From: Nitrosomonas europaea
GTDB taxonomy: Bacteria > Pseudomonadota > Gammaproteobacteria > Burkholderiales > Nitrosomonadaceae
Length of the DNA stretch: 32,000 nt
Assembly: GCF_900167395.1 (NCBI RefSeq)
Contig: NZ_FUWK01000008.1
Location: forward strand, 11,772-43,771
Direction: 5' to 3'
Made by a program: the position numbers and the translations under genes
The notes under the pieces: model-generated
What the model was told of the DNA's origin: nothing
The model's database searches: none
The model's input: the letters and a program-made list of their open reading frames with translations, nothing else
Part shown: positions 27,390-32,000 of the stretch, piece by piece
How the letters are laid out: every line of letters starts with the position of its first letter
Position numbering within the stretch: the first letter of the stretch is position 1

Positions 27390-29477
27390 TTATCTGCCAG
27401 CTTTTCTACGTGATTTCTTACCAGCCGTTTGTGGTACTTCCCTGATCTCATCAGGGTCTATTATGCCAATGAAGAGTTTGCTTCTGAGGTTCTTTATTTC
27501 ATCGCGATACTGGGCAGCCTGTTCGAATTCCATATTCCTGGCTGCTTCCAGCATACTTTTTTCCAGCCGCTGAATTTCCTTTGCAAGTTGTGCCTCATCC
27601 ATTGCCGCATAGCGAGCCTGAATCTGTGCGACTTTCCGATGTTCTGCAGCATTTTCACTGTCGTAAACGCCATCGATTAAATCCTTGATCCGTTTGTTGA
27701 CTCCGCGCGGCGTAATATTATTTTGCTGATTGAACAGCTTCTGTTTGTTGCGTCGCCGTTCGGTTTCATCAATGGCTCGTCGCATCGAATTAGTGATTTT
27801 ATCGGCATAAAGGATGACGGTTCCATTGACATGTCGGGCAGCGCGGCCCATGGTTTGAATCAGTGAACGTTCTGATCGCAGAAAACCTTCCTTATCTGCA
27901 TCTAATATACCAACCAGCGAAACTTCGGGTATATCCAACCCTTCCCGCAACAGATTGATTCCGACCAGAACATCAAATTTTCCAAGGCGTAAATCTCGAA
28001 TGATCTCGACTCGCTCAACTGTATCGATATCAGAATGCAGATAGCGTACCCGGATGCCGTGATCGGAAAAATAATCAGTCAGATCTTCAGCCATACGTTT
28101 GGTCAGGGTAGTGACCAGCACCCGTTCATTCTGAGCAGCACGTAATGAAACTTCTGACATCAGATCATCCACCTGCGTGGTAACCGGGCGAATGATGATT
28201 ACCGGATCCACCAGGCCGGTCGGCCTTACGACCTGTTCCGCAATTTGGCCGCTGCGCTGTATCTCGTAATCTGCCGGAGTGGCGGAAACGAAAATGGTTT
28301 GCGGCATCAGTTTCTCGAATTCCTCGAACCTGAGTGGCCGGTTATCCAGTGCGGAAGGCAGGCGGAACCCGTAGGCAACCAGATTTTCTTTTCTTGAGCG
28401 ATCTCCTTTGTACATTCCGCCGATCTGGGGAACGGTGACGTGGCTCTCATCGATGATCATCAATGCATTGTCCGGCAGATAGTCGATGAGTGTGGGAGGA
28501 GGATCTCCAGGCTGCCGCCCGGACAAGTGGCGTGAGTAGTTTTCGATACCTTTACAAAAACCCAGTTCATTCAGCATTTCCAGATCGAAACGTGTTCGCT
28601 GCTCGAGACGCTGAGCTTCTACCAGTTTGTGGTTTTCGTGAAAATAGTTCAATCGTCCGGTAAGCTCGGTTTTGATGGTTTCGATTGCCCGCAGAGTGGT
28701 GCTGCGTGGTGTGACGTAATGACTGGAAGGGTAAACCGTGTAACGCGATACTTTTTGCCGAGTTTGTCCGGTGAGCGGATCGAACAGCGTCATGCTTTCT
28801 ACTTCATCATCGAACAGGGAAATACGCAGGGCTGTTTCTGAGTTCTCTGCCGGGAAGACGTCCAGTACATCACCCCGTACACGAAAGGTCCCGCGTGCGA
28901 ATTCAAATTCGTTGCGCTGATATTGCATACCTGTCAGGCGCTGAATGATATCGCGCTGCGAGATTTTTTCATGTTCACGAACATGCAGGATCATGCCGTG
29001 ATAATCGACCGGATCACCAATACCGTAAATGCAGGATACCGTTGCAACAATGATGGCATCTTCTCGCTCCAGCAGAGATTTTGTGGCAGAGAGACGCATC
29101 TGTTCGATATGTTCGTTGATACTCGAATCCTTTTCTATGAACAGATCGCGGGAGGGTACGTAAGCTTCCGGCTGATAGTAGTCGTAATAGGAGACAAAAT
29201 ACTCGACCGCATTTTCCGGGAAGAATTCGCGCATTTCAGCATATAGCTGCGCAGCCAGTGTCTTGTTGGGCGCCATGATGATGGCCGGCCGGCCCAATCG
29301 TGCAATCATGTTGGCGATGGTGAAGGTTTTGCCGGATCCGGTTACGCCGAGCAATGTCTGGAAAGATAAGCCTGATTCTATTCCTTCCACCAGTATGCGG
29401 ATTGCTTCCGGCTGATCACCTGCTGGCTGGAATGCCTGATTGAGCTTGTAAGGACTGCCCGGAAAGGTAATAATCAC
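27390..29477 (-). CDS. uvrB: Excinuclease ABC subunit B
   Basis: [10 protein letters not shown], Walker A ([13 protein letters not shown]), [15 protein letters not shown], helicase motifs and the C-terminal UVR domain ([14 protein letters not shown]) are present. The start is GTG. Confidence 0.97.
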   Translation of the reverse strand: MIITFPGSPYKLNQAFQPAGDQPEAIRILVEGIESGLSFQTLLGVTGSGKTFTIANMIARLGRPAIIMAPNKTLAAQLYAEMREFFPENAVEYFVSYYDYYQPEAYVPSRDLFIEKDSSINEHIEQMRLSATKSLLEREDAIIVATVSCIYGIGDPVDYHGMILHVREHEKISQRDIIQRLTGMQYQRNEFEFARGTFRVRGDVLDVFPAENSETALRISLFDDEVESMTLFDPLTGQTRQKVSRYTVYPSSHYVTPRSTTLRAIETIKTELTGRLNYFHENHKLVEAQRLEQRTRFDLEMLNELGFCKGIENYSRHLSGRQPGDPPPTLIDYLPDNALMIIDESHVTVPQIGGMYKGDRSRKENLVAYGFRLPSALDNRPLRFEEFEKLMPQTIFVSATPADYEIQRSGQIAEQVVRPTGLVDPVIIIRPVTTQVDDLMSEVSLRAAQNERVLVTTLTKRMAEDLTDYFSDHGIRVRYLHSDIDTVERVEIIRDLRLGKFDVLVGINLLREGLDIPEVSLVGILDADKEGFLRSERSLIQTMGRAARHVNGTVILYADKITNSMRRAIDETERRRNKQKLFNQQNNITPRGVNKRIKDLIDGVYDSENAAEHRKVAQIQARYAAMDEAQLAKEIQRLEKSMLEAARNMEFEQAAQYRDEIKNLRSKLFIGIIDPDEIREVPQTAGKKSRRKAGR

Positions 29478-29551
29478 AGGTTCGTTCGCCGTACGAAATT
29501 AAACGTTTTTGATTCTAACATGTGCAAATCACCTACATCAGGAGCTGTATC

Positions 29552-30745
29552 GTGAAACTCTCGCAACGCGTCCAGGCTATCAAACCTTCTCCCACTCTGG
29601 CAGTTACTGCCAAAGCTGCCAGACTCAAGGCAGAAGGAAAAAATATCATCGGTCTGGGCGCAGGTGAACCGGATTTCGACACACCGCTGCATATTAAGGA
29701 CGCAGCGATTACGGCGATCCGTAATGGTTTTACGAAATATACGGCGGTGGGTGGAACTGCATCTTTGAAACAGGCGATCATCTCGAAATTCAAACGGGAA
29801 AATTCACTGGAATTTATGCCGGGAGAGATTCTGGTTTCCAGCGGAGGGAAACAAAGCTTCTTCAACCTGGTACTGGCGACGATCGATCCGGGTGATGAAG
29901 TCATTATTCCTGCACCTTACTGGGTTTCCTATCCTGATATCGTATTGATTGCCGAGGGGAAGCCTGTTTTTATCGATACCGGCATCGAAGAGAAATTCAA
30001 AATCTCACCGGATCAGCTGGAAAAAGCGATCACTCCCAGAACCCGCATGTTCGTCGTCAACAGCCCGAGCAACCCTTCCGGCAGTGTGTACAGTTTAGAA
30101 GAACTGCAGGCCCTGGGTGCAGTGTTGCGTAAATACCCGGATATTCTGATTGCTACCGATGATATGTATGAACATATTCTTCTGTCCGGGGATGGGTTCG
30201 TCAATATTCTGAACGCCTGTCCTGATCTGAAAGCGCGTACCGTCGTGCTCAACGGGGTATCCAAGGCTTATGCCATGACCGGCTGGCGGATTGGCTACTG
30301 TGGTGGGCCGGCAGCAATCATTACCGCGATGGAAAATATTCAATCACAAAGCACATCCAACCCGAATTCTATTGCTCAGGTGGCGGCAGAAGCCGCATTA
30401 AATGGGGATCAGTCCTGCATGGTTCCAATGATCGAGGCTTTCCGGGAACGTAACCAGTTTTTGACAAATGCGTTAAATTCCATCGCAGGTATTCACTGTT
30501 TGTTATCCGAAGGCGCTTTTTATGCCTTTGTAGATGTAAGGCAGGCTATCAGCCGGTTGAATACTCAACAGATTTTGCAGAACAGCAGTGATATTGCTTT
30601 TTGTAACTATGTACTGGAGAAAGCTGAAGTGGCTGCTGTTCCAGGTTCGGCGTTCGGTTGCGAGGGCTATATGCGACTGTCGTTTGCAACTTCCATGGAT
30701 AACCTGCAGGAAGCTGTCAAACGTATCGCCAGTTTACTGAGCTGA
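29552..30745 (+). CDS. Class I PLP-dependent aspartate aminotransferase
   Basis: MKLSQRVQAIKPSPTLAV is the typical N-terminus. The PLP-lysine motif is NGVSKAYAMTGWRIGY, and NSPSNPSG is also present. GTG 29552 with the RBS AGGAG (29540-29544) is preferred over the track's start at 29522. Confidence 0.9.
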   Translation: MKLSQRVQAIKPSPTLAVTAKAARLKAEGKNIIGLGAGEPDFDTPLHIKDAAITAIRNGFTKYTAVGGTASLKQAIISKFKRENSLEFMPGEILVSSGGKQSFFNLVLATIDPGDEVIIPAPYWVSYPDIVLIAEGKPVFIDTGIEEKFKISPDQLEKAITPRTRMFVVNSPSNPSGSVYSLEELQALGAVLRKYPDILIATDDMYEHILLSGDGFVNILNACPDLKARTVVLNGVSKAYAMTGWRIGYCGGPAAIITAMENIQSQSTSNPNSIAQVAAEAALNGDQSCMVPMIEAFRERNQFLTNALNSIAGIHCLLSEGAFYAFVDVRQAISRLNTQQILQNSSDIAFCNYVLEKAEVAAVPGSAFGCEGYMRLSFATSMDNLQEAVKRIASLLS

Positions 30746-30886
30746 TCGATCGACACTTTTTGATGACGTCAGGAACGACTTCTTCCTTGCGTACTGTGCC
30801 GTATGAGCCAGGAATAATGTACGGCAAAATTGCTCATATCTTGTAATTTGACCCTGCGCTCAGCAGCCTTGTAACAATATTTACTG

Positions 30887-31156
30887 TTACAGTGAGCTTC
30901 TATTCTCTTGATGGTGAGCAGAAGTAGCGCGCTTATTCCGCCTGATCAGACCCCGCTTTTCAGCTTCGCGTAATGCTCCGTACCTGCTGCTGACATCAAG
31001 AAACTCCATAATCCTCTGAAACTGAGTCCGAACGGTTGCAGGGGATCGATCGAGGTATTGTGCAAGAATTTTTGTACTGGTTGTTTCCTTTTCCTGGCTG
31101 GCCTCAAGTAAAGTGTAATACGACGGAGGTAAGCGCTTGGATTTATCATGGTCCAT
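30887..31156 (-). CDS. Stand-alone LuxR/GerE-type helix-turn-helix protein (89 aa)
   Basis: LPPSYYTLLEASQEKETTSTKILAQYLDRSPATVRTQFQRIMEFLDVSSRYGALREAEKRGLI follows the LuxR C-terminal HTH pattern (L-x3-x-LL, I-A-x-L-x-S-x-x-TV-x-x-x-x-x-I-x-x-L). There is no receiver or ligand-binding domain. GGAG lies 8 nt upstream of the ATG. Confidence 0.7.
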   Translation of the reverse strand: MDHDKSKRLPPSYYTLLEASQEKETTSTKILAQYLDRSPATVRTQFQRIMEFLDVSSRYGALREAEKRGLIRRNKRATSAHHQENRSSL

Positions 31157-31345
31157 AAAATTTACTCCGGTTCCGTTGACGTTTGGCTTGGAGAATATTC
31201 CCTTGGTACTAATCGAGCAGTTATAAATATCACATTCCAGATCCAGATAGCTGGCCGGAAAGGCTTGTTTGAATGTGCCTGTTTATCCTATTCAAGATAA
31301 CATGCATATATTTTAAAGCAATAAATATGCCATAAATATAATATA

Positions 31346-31359
31346 TTGATTTATATCAA
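31346..31359. promoter_or_regulatory. Perfect FNR/CRP-family palindrome TTGAT-N4-ATCAA
   Basis: TTGAT (31346-31350), TTAT, ATCAA (31355-31359) is an exact match to the FNR consensus half-sites and spacing. It lies in an AT-rich intergenic region about 195 bp upstream of the LuxR-type gene (-) and about 385 bp upstream of the Ser/Asn-rich gene (+). Confidence 0.4.
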
Positions 31360-31442
31360 CTATATCTTATTTGGCAGAATATTTCTCCCGGGTTGTAAAA
31401 TTTTCCGACAAAACACGATCGCATCGCTATGGTCTGGTAATT

Positions 31443-31658
31443 TTATTCAGAACCGGCTGGAAGTAAACATAATCTGGCTGGAGTGGAACAGAAGAGCGCA
31501 TATGAATGGATACCTTCATTGAAAGAACGACTTCTGCAGTAATCCCTTCTCTGCTTTGCAATTTCGAGTCTTGCTTGTATGCAATTGCAGTATTGCTCTG
31601 ATAAGCACAATTTTCCTACTATCTCCTCCACAACAAAGGGGTCGTCGATAAGCGACAT
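31443..31658 (-). CDS. Doubtful 71-aa Cys-rich ORF
   Basis: An open frame from the track (MSLIDDPFVVEEIVGKLCLSEQYCNCIQ...). The SD is only marginal (AAGG, 3 nt before the ATG). It has no recognisable motifs and lies in AT-rich DNA. This region may instead be the 5' leader of the gene starting at 31738. Confidence 0.2.
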   Translation of the reverse strand: MSLIDDPFVVEEIVGKLCLSEQYCNCIQARLEIAKQRRDYCRSRSFNEGIHSYALFCSTPARLCLLPAGSE

Positions 31659-31737
31659 TTACCTTGTTGGGTCGCAAGATAGATGATGTTACGTAATATC
31701 TATGTTTTATTAATCTGATTTACAAAAGGAAAATACC

Positions 31738-32000
31738 ATGGATCAATTTTCTAAAAAAATTCTGGCTGCCAGTATCGTTCTGGCTTTTGGTTTTGCAGGT
31801 AATGTGTGGGCGGCTGAAGGCGCAGGTAGCGCGTTGCCAAGCGTAACTGATGCTGCTGGTGCTGGTAAGGGTCAAAGCAACGCTGCTGCAAGTGGTGGAA
31901 GTACCTCAACCACAGCTGATAGCAGCAATAGCAGCAATACTAACAGCAGCACCAACGACAGCAACAACAGCAAAACTGTAGATGCTAGTAACAGCAGCAC
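31738..32000 (+). CDS. Exported Ser/Asn/Thr-rich low-complexity protein, 5' part (runs off the right edge; not in the ORF track)
   Basis: ATG 31738 is preceded by AAAGGA (31725-31730). It translates to MDQFSKKILAASIVLAFGFAGNVWA/AEGAGSALPSVTDAAGAGKGQSNAAASGGSTSTTADSSNSSNTNSSTNDSNNSKTVDASNSS. The signal peptide has an AXA-like cleavage site, and the frame stays open to the window end. Confidence 0.7.
   Translation, partial: MDQFSKKILAASIVLAFGFAGNVWAAEGAGSALPSVTDAAGAGKGQSNAAASGGSTSTTADSSNSSNTNSSTNDSNNSKTVDASNSS
31921..31938 (+). repeat. Perfect tandem 9-mer (AGCAGCAAT x2) within an AGC/AAC-rich coding tract
   Basis: 31921-31929 and 31930-31938 are identical. The surrounding ~80 nt is dominated by AGC, AAC and AAT codons. 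Confidence 0.9.

Noticed and set aside
29478-29551. I looked for an SOS/LexA box (CTGT-N8-ACAG) in the uvrB / aminotransferase divergent region, because uvrB is LexA-regulated in E. coli.
   Set aside because: No CTGT-N8-ACAG or close variant is present. CTGTATCGTGAAACTC lacks the second half-site and overlaps the aminotransferase start.
30870-30891. A 7-bp inverted repeat, TGTAACA-N8-TGTTACA, overlapping the stop codon of the LuxR-type gene. A second repeat, TGCCGTA-N16-TACGGCA, lies at 30797-30826 after the aminotransferase gene.
   Set aside because: Neither is followed by a T-tract on the relevant strand, and the stems are short and AT-rich or have large loops. They are possible weak terminators between convergent genes but not supportable as features.
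1-32000. A whole-window search for CRISPR repeats, IS or transposase genes, integrases next to the tRNA, prophage genes, toxin-antitoxin pairs and known defence-system domains.
   Set aside because: None was found. No regularly spaced direct repeats are visible, the tRNA has ordinary neighbours, and every large ORF except the membrane protein, barrel, small-protein and edge genes has a clear housekeeping identity.

Overview
This is a largely housekeeping chromosomal stretch from a proteobacterium. The protein sequences and roughly 48-50% GC by eye suggest a beta-proteobacterial, Nitrosomonas-like ammonia oxidiser, but I cannot verify that here.

Gene order, left to right:
- 1-5.3 kb: the 3' part of nusA, then infB, rbfA and truB.
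- 5.4-12.6 kb: a complete System I cytochrome c maturation operon, ccmABCDEFGHI, with four ATGA start/stop overlaps.
- 12.7-15.8 kb: bcp, mdh (-) and a lipoamide-dehydrogenase-family flavoprotein.
- 15.9-17.4 kb: a tRNA with a CAU anticodon (-), a 56-codon lipoprotein-like ORF missing from the ORF track, and a SpoU/TrmH methyltransferase.
- 17.5-21.8 kb, all on the (-) strand: rsmE, argA, a lipase-like alpha/beta hydrolase and a polytopic membrane protein.
- 21.9-23.3 kb: a thioredoxin-fold protein overlapping an inositol-monophosphatase-family gene.
- 23.4-27.4 kb: a Tat-exported multicopper oxidase rich in Met/Gly/Arg, divergent from an AlgE-like outer-membrane barrel followed by a small exported protein.
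- 27.4-30.7 kb: uvrB (-) and an aspartate aminotransferase.
- 30.9-32.0 kb: an AT-rich right edge with an 89-aa LuxR-type HTH-only protein, a perfect FNR-type palindrome, and the 5' part of a Ser/Asn-rich exported protein that is also absent from the ORF track.

I see no CRISPR array, transposase, integrase, phage gene or recognisable defence gene. I do not see compelling evidence for a wholly new system. The best candidates for follow-up are:
1. The oxidase / barrel / small-protein envelope cluster, with a 10-bp perfect inverted repeat in its divergent promoter region.
2. The cytoplasmic lipase-like hydrolase plus membrane-protein pair.
3. The AT-rich locus carrying the LuxR-type gene, the FNR box and the Ser/Asn-rich protein.
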